Notes under the pieces: generated by a model
The model's input: the letters and a program-made list of their open reading frames with translations, nothing else
The model's database searches: none
What the model was told of the DNA's origin: nothing
In this document: positions 1 through 8,090 of the stretch, one piece after another
Layout: the number at the start of each line of letters is the position of its first letter
Numbering within the stretch: position 1 is the stretch's first letter
Position numbers and translations under genes: made by a program
IMG/VR virus record: IMGVR_UViG_3300036791_000391
Coordinates: 1 to 55,959 of that record
DNA length: 55,959 nt
Origin: a virus
Lineage: Duplodnaviria; Caudoviricetes
Reading direction: 5' to 3' (one strand)

Positions 1-367
1 CGTAGTAGTACGCGCCGGGCCAGCCCCAGCCCCAGCCGCCGAACGCCTGGCCGGTGCGCTGAATCCAGCCGCCCTCGAACCACTGGTACTGCGACGGGTC
101 GAGCACGTCCCCGTCCCCGGTCGGGTCCGGGTTCTCGATCAGCACCTCGGTCACGGCGGTCACGTAGCGCGACGGCAGCATCACGATGCCCTGCGATCCG
201 GTCTGCAGCTTGGTCAAGGTCACCGTCTTGGACGGGAACAAGTGCCAGCCGCAGTACGTACGGATCGCCGTGCCCGCGACGCGGAGGTAGTAGTCCTCGT
301 CGCCGGTCTTGAACGCCTGCCAGTCCGGATCTTTGGTGCTGAGCAGGTCGGGGACCGTCTTCGGCAT
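1..367 (-). CDS. head-to-tail adaptor (3' end outside window)
   Basis: Manual translation MPKTVPDLL...AIRTYCGWHLFP...LPSRYVTAVTEV; IRxYCGWH motif typical of actinophage adaptors; downstream of capsid gene. Confidence 0.75.
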   Translation of the reverse strand, partial: MPKTVPDLLSTKDPDWQAFKTGDEDYYLRVAGTAIRTYCGWHLFPSKTVTLTKLQTGSQGIVMLPSRYVTAVTEVLIENPDPTGDGDVLDPSQYQWFEGGWIQRTGQAFGGWGWGWPGAYYY

Positions 368-370
368 CGG

Positions 371-874
371 TTACTCCGCTTCGGCTTGCTCCAACAGCGC
401 GACCAGGTCGGCCTTCCGTGAGCCCGGCGGGATCTCCACGCCCAGCGACTCTAGCTTGGCCCGAAGCTCGGCCACCGTGAACAATTCCAGGTCGGCCTCC
501 TCCTCCGCTTCGGCTTCCGGTTCCCCGCTCTCCTCCTCCTCCCCCTCGCTCTCGGCCTCCTCCGCTTCGGGCTCCGGCTCGGGGTCGGCCTTCAGCTCAT
601 CGGGCAGGCCGTCGAACAGCGACTGAAGATGCTCGGGCACCTCCTCACCCACGGCCCGGAACTGAGCGATAGCCACCCGGATCGACACGGCCCGCTCCGC
701 TTCCTGGTCGCGGACGTAGACCGTGCCTCTGGGGGCGGCCTGCTCCCGACCGTGGATGCCGTGCCCAGGCGGATCGGTGCAGGGCTCAACGTCCTCCTGA
801 TATCGACCGGCCAGAGCGTTGCGCTCGTCGTCGGTCAGTTCATCGGGCGGGAATGTGGTGCGTGTTTCGGCCAT
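371..874 (-). CDS. head-associated hypothetical protein with acidic linker and C-terminal SAP/HeH-like helix pair
   Basis: C-terminal TVAELRAKLESLGVEIPPGSRKADLVALL; leaderless TAGCAT-6nt-ATG. Confidence 0.65.
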   Translation of the reverse strand: MAETRTTFPPDELTDDERNALAGRYQEDVEPCTDPPGHGIHGREQAAPRGTVYVRDQEAERAVSIRVAIAQFRAVGEEVPEHLQSLFDGLPDELKADPEPEPEAEEAESEGEEEESGEPEAEAEEEADLELFTVAELRAKLESLGVEIPPGSRKADLVALLEQAEAE

Positions 875-949
875 GCGACGATGCTAAATCGCCGCGCGCC
901 GTCAGCGCGTCAGGCGCGCGTTACCGACTGTGATGAGCTACACATCCAG

Positions 950-1035
950 CTAATTGCTACCGCGCTATCAATACGTGCTATTCTGACAGGAGATCGGCAT
1001 AGGGCCGGTCATGAACACCCAGGAGATTCGCACGC
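950..1035 (+). promoter_or_regulatory. conserved cassette copy: operator-like box, extended -10, hairpin, RBS
   Basis: CTAATTGCTACCGCGCTA; TGC-TATTCT 979-984; GATCGGC-ATAGG-GCCGGTC 992-1010; CAGGAGATTCGCA. Confidence 0.85.
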
Positions 1036-1656
1036 ATGATCACCGTCAAGGTCTACCTCAACCAGGCCAGCCACTTCCGCGCCTTCAACGCGTTCCGCGC
1101 CGAGCTGCAGCTGGCCGTCACGTTCGAGATCGACGCCACCGAGCCCGAGTTCGTCGTGACCGACGACCCGAGCCTGAGCAACGCCGAGTTCGACGTTCGC
1201 TACCGTGCCGCCCGCGACGAGCACAACACCTGGGTCGACCCGATTCTGAACCACGTCTACGAGCAGCTGAACGTCGGCGGTGACGTCTTCCCCGCCGAGC
1301 CGTACACCGTGGAGTACCGGATGGCCGGTAACCGCTCGCTCTCGGTGGGCGACCTGGTGGTCCTCGAATGGGACCGGGAGCTGGCCAACGTGACCCGCGA
1401 CGGTCGTCCGGTGGTCGTTCACGAGGTCGAGCCGTTCGCGGTCGAGCCGGTAGGCTTCAAGCGCACTAGCTCGGTGGCGATCCGTAAGGGCGTCGAGAAC
1501 TTCACCAAGAACGCGAGCAACCCAGACCGCTTCGTGCCGGTCCCGCGCACCGACCTGGCCGTGAACGACGCGGGCATGTTCGTCCTGAAGAACGAGCGCC
1601 CCGAGCCCGCCTTCACCTTCGAGTTCGTGCAGGAGGATCTTCGCAACGGCCTGTGA
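1036..1656 (+). CDS. YodL-like domain protein (moron, opposite strand to head genes)
   Basis: NRSLSVGDLVVL...FAVEPVGFKR resembles the YodL signature; strong RBS. Confidence 0.6.
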   Translation: MITVKVYLNQASHFRAFNAFRAELQLAVTFEIDATEPEFVVTDDPSLSNAEFDVRYRAARDEHNTWVDPILNHVYEQLNVGGDVFPAEPYTVEYRMAGNRSLSVGDLVVLEWDRELANVTRDGRPVVVHEVEPFAVEPVGFKRTSSVAIRKGVENFTKNASNPDRFVPVPRTDLAVNDAGMFVLKNERPEPAFTFEFVQEDLRNGL

Positions 1657-1667
1657 GCCGCTGGTAA

Positions 1668-1692
1668 GCGCCCCCGGCCACGGTCGGGGCGC
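1668..1692. terminator. probable bidirectional intrinsic terminator
   Basis: GCGCCCC...GGGGCGC hairpin between convergent genes. Confidence 0.55.
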
Positions 1693-2040
1693 TTACCTAT
1701 CAGCAGGAGTGACCACGGTGTCGCCCTGATCGTGTGAGACCAGCCGACCCATCACGACGTACTTGCGGATCGGTCCCTCAGGTGGTCTAAGCAGGGTGAT
1801 GTAGCAGTCGTACACCCAGGTCCCTGCCGAGTCCGGTCCTCCAAGGGAGAGCAGTATTTCGCCAGTCTCGCCCGGTTGGTCAAGAACCTTGGCTCCCAGC
1901 TCGTCCAGCTCGGATTCCAAGTTGACGACATACAGCTTGACGAACTGCGCGTCGGTGCAGGGCTCACCCACCTCAACGCCGCCGTAGAGCAGGGTGCCAT
2001 CTTCAAGTGCGGTGGCGATGGGGAGTGGTTGATCTGCCAT
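1693..2040 (-). CDS. hypothetical protein
   Basis: Start moved to MADQPLP (2040); TATATT-6nt-ATG leaderless promoter. Confidence 0.65.
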   Translation of the reverse strand: MADQPLPIATALEDGTLLYGGVEVGEPCTDAQFVKLYVVNLESELDELGAKVLDQPGETGEILLSLGGPDSAGTWVYDCYITLLRPPEGPIRKYVVMGRLVSHDQGDTVVTPADR

Positions 2041-2056
2041 GAGGTGAATATAACGG

Positions 2057-2608
2057 TCACGGTGGGGGTTCCGGCGGAGGCGGGCCGGGCGGCGGCGGAG
2101 CCGGGGCGAGCCCGGGCGGGGGCCATTGGTCGGTGGGTGTCGGTCCCTGAATGGCCCACGGCACACCCATCCCGTCGGGAATGATGTCGGGGTCCGGGTG
2201 CGCCGGGTGATCCGGCTGGCCGGGGAACACCCGCCAGCAGTTCCAGATCTCCACGATCGGCGCGGCACCGCCCCACTCGCAGTGGACGTGCATAATCCCG
2301 AACGTGGTCTCCGTCAGCCTGACCGGGGTGAAGTCGAAGTCGCAGTAGCCGCCGCCCACGGCGAGGACAACACTGGCGGCGGCACCGACGCCGGGGCACA
2401 GGAAGATCGTCGCGGCGGCGGGCGTTAGCCCGGGCGGGCCGGGAGCGCCGAGACCCGGCCCCTGCCCGAGACCGGGATTGCCGCCGACGGGCACGATCGG
2501 CGGCGCCGGGACCGGCGCGGGCTGGGCGTCGGCGGCGGGACAATTACAGGCCGCGAGCATAACGAAGGACGCGCTGGCCAGGATCGCTCCGGCCAGCGCG
2601 CCCCTCAT
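2057..2608 (-). CDS. secreted Pro-rich, Cys-containing protein (mycobacterial exported type)
   Basis: Signal peptide, GGYCD...HCEWGG core, poly-Pro tail; TACCCT-6nt-ATG. Confidence 0.6.
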   Translation of the reverse strand: MRGALAGAILASASFVMLAACNCPAADAQPAPVPAPPIVPVGGNPGLGQGPGLGAPGPPGLTPAAATIFLCPGVGAAASVVLAVGGGYCDFDFTPVRLTETTFGIMHVHCEWGGAAPIVEIWNCWRVFPGQPDHPAHPDPDIIPDGMGVPWAIQGPTPTDQWPPPGLAPAPPPPGPPPPEPPP

Positions 2609-2695
2609 CACCGCAGGGTAAGACTGGCCCGGGTGGATCAGTGTGAGGCACGCCAGCGCTCGATCTAAACGAACTTAACGACGCCATGAACGACG

Positions 2696-3229
2696 TTAAC
2701 GGTGCGCAGCACGCCAGGCTCTCATCCGCTCATTCTGACAAACCCGGCAGCCGCGACCCGGCCTGCCGTTAGCATTTACCCGCATGATCGTGTTCTCCGG
2801 GGTGAACTCATGACCGCTCTTGCACCGCGTCTTATTTGAGTTGTGATTCCGGCCATTAGTAACGGCGTTGATCTGATTACCGGGCCGGGTATCCCAGGTC
2901 AGGTTGTCCAGGTGGTTGTTTAACGGGTCATCATCCCAGTGGCAGCCGTCTCTCATACGAGTCGGGCACGGCCCACGGAACGCTTCGAGTACGGCCCGAT
3001 GGATCAGTAACGTCTTATTACCCGGCATCTTGACATACAGGTAGCCGGGGCTGCCGTTGACCTTCGTCGTACGGCCCGGCTTAAGGACCCGGCCCTGGAG
3101 CCTGCGAGTTGTGAGACCGCCCCATCGGTCACGCTGTGTCACCGTCCGATCAATACTCCTGATCTGCCCATGATCGCTAACCTCGGCTATCTCCTCATAT
3201 CCGACGACCGGAAGCCATCGCTCAACCAT
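2696..3229 (-). CDS. NUMOD4-HNH homing endonuclease
   Basis: ERWLPVVGYE..EVSDHGQIRS (NUMOD4); IHRAVLEAFRG, CHWDDDPLNNHLDNL (HNH); C-terminal CKSGH..CRVC. Confidence 0.9.
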   Translation of the reverse strand: MVERWLPVVGYEEIAEVSDHGQIRSIDRTVTQRDRWGGLTTRRLQGRVLKPGRTTKVNGSPGYLYVKMPGNKTLLIHRAVLEAFRGPCPTRMRDGCHWDDDPLNNHLDNLTWDTRPGNQINAVTNGRNHNSNKTRCKSGHEFTPENTIMRVNANGRPGRGCRVCQNERMRAWRAAHR

Positions 3230-3323
3230 TCTCTAAACATAACGCACGGAGATGACATCGTAAACTACGGCCACCCTTGTCAGATGGCCGTAGTTTACTG
3301 TAACGTTCTGACCTGCTACTTCG

Positions 3324-4775
3324 TCACCATGTGGGTGCGGTCAGACCCGTGATCTGCACGACCGATTGAGGATACCTAGCTGCACTAAAGGCCAGATAAT
3401 TGTAGATCTGCAGCAGGACCGTCAGGTTCTGCGCCTTGGTCTCGGGAAGGACGCGAGCCCGAATTCCGGCCTCCCACAGCACGATGTCGCTGGCGCGCAT
3501 CACGAGCACCGGGTCCTCCGTGCCCGCGCCGCCGGTGACCGGCAGGTTTGGGTCGGTCACGACCGGGAGGCCCTGGATGCTGCCGACGACCTGCTGGGAC
3601 GCCACGTCGGTCAGCAGACCGGCGGCGTTCATCGGCCCGTAGGCGGTCGGCATGACCAGCGGACGCTGTTGCTGGTCGAGCAGCGAGGTGAACCAGCCCC
3701 ACCTGCGTGGGTGCATGACGATGACCTCGGGCGGCAGGAAGCGGGTCGAGTGGATCGTCTGGATCGCGTTCGCGATGGACGAGAAGAACCCCTTGATGTC
3801 GACCGTAGTCGCGGCGACGGACCCGATGTTCGGCGTCTGCAAGATGCCGAGGATCTGGCCGCTGGCCCCGGTACCGGAGATCACCTGGCCGTCCGTCTGG
3901 GCGGCGTGAGCCGCTACCAGGTCGCGGAACACCACGTCGTCGAACGCGATCGGCGATTGATCGATCAGCTGGATGGCCAAGCCTTGCTGGCCGCTGATCG
4001 TCCGGACCGGCGCGTTGATGAAGGTGTCCGTCAGGTCGACCTGAACGACGGGCTGGTTGTCGGCGGTCTGCACACCGACCTGGGTACCGGTGATCAGCTT
4101 CGGGATGTTGATCGAGTCGGTGCCGCCGGGCAGCGGTTGCCGCTGGACCAGGTTGGCCAGCGCGCGGCCCGGACGGGCCAGCTCGATGTACTGCGACATC
4201 AGCCAGGCGGGGGGTACCGCGTAGCCGCCGGAGCCGTCGACCCGGGATAGGTCTCGGAACTCCTTGTACTCGTCGCTGGTCTGCACCTCGGCGGCGTGCC
4301 GGAACAGCCGGTCGCGCGCCTCACCGGTGGTGTCCAGGTTCATCGAGTACTTGATGAGGTCCTGCAGGTAGCTCCGGTTCGGGTGGTTCTTCGGGTAGAC
4401 GTTCTGCTCCTTGACCCGGGTGATGACATCCCCGGCGGCGCGGATACGGGCCAGCCCCTTGCTGATCTGGCCGCTGCGTTCGACCTCGGCGCGGGTCTGC
4501 TCGATCCGCTCCTCCAGGCCCTTCAGCTCGTCGCCGATCTTGGCCATGTTGGTCATGTAGCCCCGGAGGTCCTTGTCCTCCTCGGCTTCCAGCGTCTCGC
4601 GGCCTGCGGCGCGGGCCTCCATGAGCACGGCCTCCGCCTTGCCCTTCAGCTCGTCGCGGTCCCGTACCAGCTTGGTGTGCCGCTTAAGCAGCTGGCCCAG
4701 GTATACGTCCAGCCCACCGGCTGGCTCCACACGTTGGTCGACCTCGCCGTTCAGCGAGTCAATTGTCGCGGTCAT
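3324..4775 (-). CDS. major capsid protein (HK97 fold, N-terminal coiled-coil delta domain)
   Basis: 483 aa; SGGYAVPPAW, GTGASGQILGI, IVMHPRRW, IQGLPVVTD motifs; head module position. Confidence 0.92.
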   Translation of the reverse strand: MTATIDSLNGEVDQRVEPAGGLDVYLGQLLKRHTKLVRDRDELKGKAEAVLMEARAAGRETLEAEEDKDLRGYMTNMAKIGDELKGLEERIEQTRAEVERSGQISKGLARIRAAGDVITRVKEQNVYPKNHPNRSYLQDLIKYSMNLDTTGEARDRLFRHAAEVQTSDEYKEFRDLSRVDGSGGYAVPPAWLMSQYIELARPGRALANLVQRQPLPGGTDSINIPKLITGTQVGVQTADNQPVVQVDLTDTFINAPVRTISGQQGLAIQLIDQSPIAFDDVVFRDLVAAHAAQTDGQVISGTGASGQILGILQTPNIGSVAATTVDIKGFFSSIANAIQTIHSTRFLPPEVIVMHPRRWGWFTSLLDQQQRPLVMPTAYGPMNAAGLLTDVASQQVVGSIQGLPVVTDPNLPVTGGAGTEDPVLVMRASDIVLWEAGIRARVLPETKAQNLTVLLQIYNYLAFSAARYPQSVVQITGLTAPTW

Positions 4776-4983
4776 CGCTCCGTCCTTTGTGAGAGTTGCG
4801 TGGTGAATCGGCGCGCGATTCGCGCCGATATCGGTTACCTCGCGGTCCTCTCACGTTGTCGGGTGCCCGCTGAATCCGTCCCGATGTCCTCTCGCGTTGC
4901 CGGGCGCTGCCGGAACGGACCTGGCGATCACTGTAAGGCCGCGCCTCCCCGGATCGGCGCTACGACACGCTTACGCTTCCCCG

Positions 4984-5694
4984 ATGGTGATTCGTCAGGC
5001 GGTTGAGAAGCTGGAAGGACCGGAGTTCGTCGCCGCGCAGGCCCGGGCGTGGACGGACATCCGGGAGTTTGTCGAGGAGGCGGTGCTGCCGGTCGTGCAG
5101 AGCGAGACGGGCGGCAGCGTCAACGGGCCGGGCTCCTCCTTGGGGTGCACCACGGGGCTGGTTGCCGACCTGCCCGAGTTTTGGAGGCGGCACGGTATCT
5201 CTTCACTCCTCGACGCGCCCTGCGGCGACTGGACGTGGATGCAGCACGTGGACCTGACCGGGGTGATCTACGTCGGCTGGGACTGCGACGAGGAGCTGAT
5301 CCGGCGCAACCGGGAGCGTTTCGAGCGGCGCGGTGATGGCCGGATGGCGTGGTTCTTCTGCCGGAACATCCTGACCATCCACAAGCTGCCGATCATGGAC
5401 GCGGTCTTCTGCCGGGACTTCCTCGCCCATCTCCCGACCGAGCACATCGTGGACGTGCTGGCCAAGTTCCAGGCCAGCCGCTGTACCTACTTGATGGCGT
5501 CGAACTATCCCGGCGTGAGCAATGAATTCGAGTACCACCCGGAGAACTTCGCCTGGCTGGGCTACTGCGAGCGCCCGCACGATCTTGAGGCGGCACCGTT
5601 CCACCTCTCCAAGATCGACGCCCTGCCCGAGATCGCGGGACCGGGCGGGGTCATCTCCCTCCCGCACGAGCTGGCCCTGTTCCGGCTGAACTGA
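4984..5694 (+). CDS. class I SAM-dependent methyltransferase
   Basis: GPGSS, SLLDAPCGDWTW, YVGWD, FCRDFLAHLP; start at 4984 (TACGCT-6nt-ATG). Confidence 0.85.
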   Translation: MVIRQAVEKLEGPEFVAAQARAWTDIREFVEEAVLPVVQSETGGSVNGPGSSLGCTTGLVADLPEFWRRHGISSLLDAPCGDWTWMQHVDLTGVIYVGWDCDEELIRRNRERFERRGDGRMAWFFCRNILTIHKLPIMDAVFCRDFLAHLPTEHIVDVLAKFQASRCTYLMASNYPGVSNEFEYHPENFAWLGYCERPHDLEAAPFHLSKIDALPEIAGPGGVISLPHELALFRLN

Positions 5695-5939
5695 TGGTCA
5701 AAGGCATCGTTATCGACGGACCGCATGCGGGCCGCGTGCTGGACCGGCTAGGAAATAACGCCTCGCCCCTGACGGTCATCCTGATGGACGGCGACTTCTG
5801 CTACCACGAATACGAGCGCGTCGAACCCGTCGGCGGCGTTCACCGCTACCGTTACCTAGCCCGGCTAGGCCGCCCTCGGTGGGCGATGTTCCAAACGAGA
5901 ACCGCCCCCGGCCCGAGAAGCGCGGGGGCGGTTCGATGA
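5694..5939 (+). CDS. hypothetical protein
   Basis: TGATG coupling to the methyltransferase; IDGPHAG motif. Confidence 0.55.
   Translation: MVKGIVIDGPHAGRVLDRLGNNASPLTVILMDGDFCYHEYERVEPVGGVHRYRYLARLGRPRWAMFQTRTAPGPRSAGAVR
5899..5934. terminator. intrinsic terminator-like hairpin
   Basis: GAACCGCCCCCG...CGGGGGCGGTTC 12-bp stem at convergent ends. Confidence 0.65.
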
Positions 5940-5945
5940 TTGGCT

Positions 5946-6146
5946 CTACGCGGTCGTCTTGGCGAGGGACGCTTCCAGCGCGGCCAGCAGATCCGCGACC
6001 TCGGCCTCGGCCTCCCGCTCGACCGGGGCCAGCTCGCCGCCGCTGGCCTTGGCGTGCACCAGCTCGGTCAACCGCTCCGTGTAGGTGTCGGTGTGCTCGG
6101 CGGGCTCGAAGTCGGCGTGCATCGACTCGACCAGCGCCGCCTTCCG
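5946..6146 (-). pseudogene. C-terminal remnant of Ku-like NHEJ end-binding protein
   Basis: RKAALVESMHADFEPAEHTDTYTERLTELVHAKASGG...VADLLAALEASL* matches the C-terminal pattern of bacterial Ku; in-frame stop upstream at 6162-6164, no Ku core. Confidence 0.7.
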
Positions 6147-6171
6147 GCTGTGAGGTGGGACTCATTGCCAC

Positions 6172-6263
6172 GAAACAAGAAACCGCCCCCGGTGGCAGGT
6201 CGGGGGCGGTTCTCCTTGCTCGCGCGAACGGGGTCACCCGACTAAGTCGCTCGGTCCGCGCAA
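6172..6263 (-). ncRNA. candidate structured small RNA
   Basis: Cassette promoter upstream; closing stem TTGCGCGGAC/GTTCGCGCGA enclosing two small hairpins; ends in terminator with T-tract. Confidence 0.45.
6174..6212 (-). terminator. intrinsic terminator
   Basis: AACCGCCCCCG...CGGGGGCGGTT followed by TCTTGTTT on the minus strand. Confidence 0.75.
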
Positions 6264-6267
6264 GGCT

Positions 6268-6295
6268 GACTCTACTCTACCGCGCTAGCAATTAG
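6268..6295 (-). promoter_or_regulatory. conserved cassette copy (box and -10 only)
   Basis: CTAATTGCTAGCGCGGTAGAG-TAGAGT on the minus strand. Confidence 0.8.
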
Positions 6296-6476
6296 CGTCC
6301 TTTTTGGCGTGCCGGGCTGTGCTCTCGGTCACAACCGGCTCGGCCTTGAGATCCCGGCAGTCCTCGTAGGCGTGGCTCCCATCGAGGTGCATCCAGACAC
6401 CCTTCGCCCCGACATACGGGGAGAACTTCCGGATCGGCTTCCCGCAATGTCGGCAGTCGGCGGTCTCGTCGCTCAT
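6285..6476 (-). CDS. small Cys/His zinc-binding protein
   Basis: CRHCGKPIR..WMH..AYEDCRD..AEP; paralog at 37947; ATGA overlap with upstream gene. Confidence 0.65.
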   Translation of the reverse strand: MSDETADCRHCGKPIRKFSPYVGAKGVWMHLDGSHAYEDCRDLKAEPVVTESTARHAKKDANC

Positions 6477-7060
6477 ACGAACGGCCCCACTCGCCCGCCA
6501 CGACGGTAGCCGTGCGGCGGCATCGTGGGGTCGGCCTGCTGAACGTTGAGGATCGCCTGCTCGGCGGCGAGTTTTTTGCCCAGCCCGCCCTCGCCACGGC
6601 TCGGGGCGTCCGGTCCCGCATATCGGCTCTTGATGTAACGGATCGAGGCCCGGATGTTGCTGACCGGATCTGTCAGAGTTCTCGGGTCGATCCCCACCCC
6701 GGCGGCGGTGCTGGGTGTGACCTGAGCCACCCCGACAGCCTCGTTGCCGCCCGTGTTCACGTCCACATAGCCGTGCTGGGTGACGGACGGTTCCCAGTAC
6801 CCGGTGACCTGGCCCCCGGATTCCCGACCGATCAAGATCCTGAGCGGCTGCAGCCAGATAGCCGGGTCCACGCCCTCCGCCCGGCACGCGGTGACGATGG
6901 CTTCGAGTTCATCGAATCCGCCCGCCCTCGGCCCGGTTGCCGGGGCGTTCACGGGTCCTCCCGGCTGGCGCCGGATCTCGGCCTCGATCTCGTATCCTTC
7001 CGGCGCCTCGATGGTGATGTCCTGACCGTGCCCGGGAATGGGCACATCGAACGAGGTCAT
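6473..7060 (-). CDS. lytic transglycosylase (SLT domain)
   Basis: Catalytic IGRESGG, AVGVAQVTPST, DPVSNIRASIRYIKSRY. Confidence 0.8.
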   Translation of the reverse strand: MTSFDVPIPGHGQDITIEAPEGYEIEAEIRRQPGGPVNAPATGPRAGGFDELEAIVTACRAEGVDPAIWLQPLRILIGRESGGQVTGYWEPSVTQHGYVDVNTGGNEAVGVAQVTPSTAAGVGIDPRTLTDPVSNIRASIRYIKSRYAGPDAPSRGEGGLGKKLAAEQAILNVQQADPTMPPHGYRRGGRVGPFV

Positions 7061-7254
7061 GCGCCCGGGATGGTCGGCGGGAGGACGTACATGACCCCGG
7101 ATTTGGCCTCGTTGGCATAGAGAGCCTTCTGCTGCTGGCGCGCGCTGTCAGGATCGGGATGGCAGCCAGCAATGCGGTCCCCGCTCGCGCCGCCGATCAC
7201 GGCCCACGGTCGGTCGGCGGGGCACCGGCTGGACTTCTCGACATTCCACGGCAT
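7057..7254 (-). CDS. small hypothetical protein of phage head modules
   Basis: PW...CPADRPWAVI...GCHP..ARQQQKALYANE; ATGA overlap; start 7254 or 7263. Confidence 0.6.
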   Translation of the reverse strand: MPWNVEKSSRCPADRPWAVIGGASGDRIAGCHPDPDSARQQQKALYANEAKSGVMYVLPPTIPGA

Positions 7255-7296
7255 GGCACTCATGGTGGCACAGCGGTAGCGATTAGCCTCGCAGGC

Positions 7297-7530
7297 ATGG
7301 CTACTCAGGCGGAACTTGATAATTGGTACACCTACCACTCCCCCTCCGTCATTCAGGCTCGGCACTATTCCGAGATCCGGGCCAAGGCGAAGGAGCTGGC
7401 CGAGCTGTTCGACCGCGCCGCCCCGGGTTGCCCGGACAGCACCGCCGCGCACCGGAAGCTGCGCGAGGCCGTGATGGCGATGAACTTGGCCATCGCCTGC
7501 AACACCAACGGGGCTCCGTCGTCACCATGA
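7297..7530 (+). CDS. Acb2/Tad1-like helical hairpin protein (putative immune-signal sponge)
   Basis: WYTYHSP...YSEIRAKAKELAEL...AHRKLREAVMAMNLAIACN pattern; TAGCCT-7nt-ATG. Confidence 0.6.
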   Translation: MATQAELDNWYTYHSPSVIQARHYSEIRAKAKELAELFDRAAPGCPDSTAAHRKLREAVMAMNLAIACNTNGAPSSP

Positions 7531-8090
7531 AGGTCGCGGACCTGGGCCACGTCACCTCGATGCGGGTGAACGACATCAGGCCCTACGAGAAGAATCCCCG
7601 CAAGATGCCCGACCGGGCCATCGAGATGGTCTCCGAGTCGCTGAAGCGGTTCGGCTGGCAGCAGCCCATCGTGGTCGACAAGGAGAACGTGATCGTCGTC
7701 GGGCACACCCGGTGGACGGCGGCGCAGCGGATCGGCCTGGATATGGCGCCGGTCGTCGTCGCGGAGCACCTGACCGACGACGAGATCCGGGCCTACCGGA
7801 TCGCGGACAACCGCACCGCCGACTTCACCACCTGGGACTACCCCGAGCTGATCGCCGAGTTGGAGATGATCCCCGACGAGTTCGCCGCCGTGCTGGCCCT
7901 GGAGGACTGGCAGGGCATCATCGACCAGTTCGAGGAGGAGTACGGCATCAACGTGTCACCCGACGTGCAGGCCGACGCCGAGGGCGGCTTCACGGTCAAC
8001 GTGGTGTTCGTGGACAAGGAGAGCGCGGAGGCGGCGCAGGAGTACCTGGTGGACCTGGACGGGGTGCTCGATGTTCGTTACAAAGCCTGA
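7527..8090 (+). CDS. ParB/Srx-like N-terminal domain protein
   Basis: IRPYEKNPRK, SLKRFGWQQPIVVD, IVVGHTRW, AYRIADNR; ATGA overlap. Confidence 0.9.
   Translation: MKVADLGHVTSMRVNDIRPYEKNPRKMPDRAIEMVSESLKRFGWQQPIVVDKENVIVVGHTRWTAAQRIGLDMAPVVVAEHLTDDEIRAYRIADNRTADFTTWDYPELIAELEMIPDEFAAVLALEDWQGIIDQFEEEYGINVSPDVQADAEGGFTVNVVFVDKESAEAAQEYLVDLDGVLDVRYKA

Noticed and set aside
6210-6265. tRNA at the GTTCG-containing structure
   Set aside because: Too short; lacks D arm, 7-nt anticodon loop and canonical T arm; kept only as an sRNA candidate
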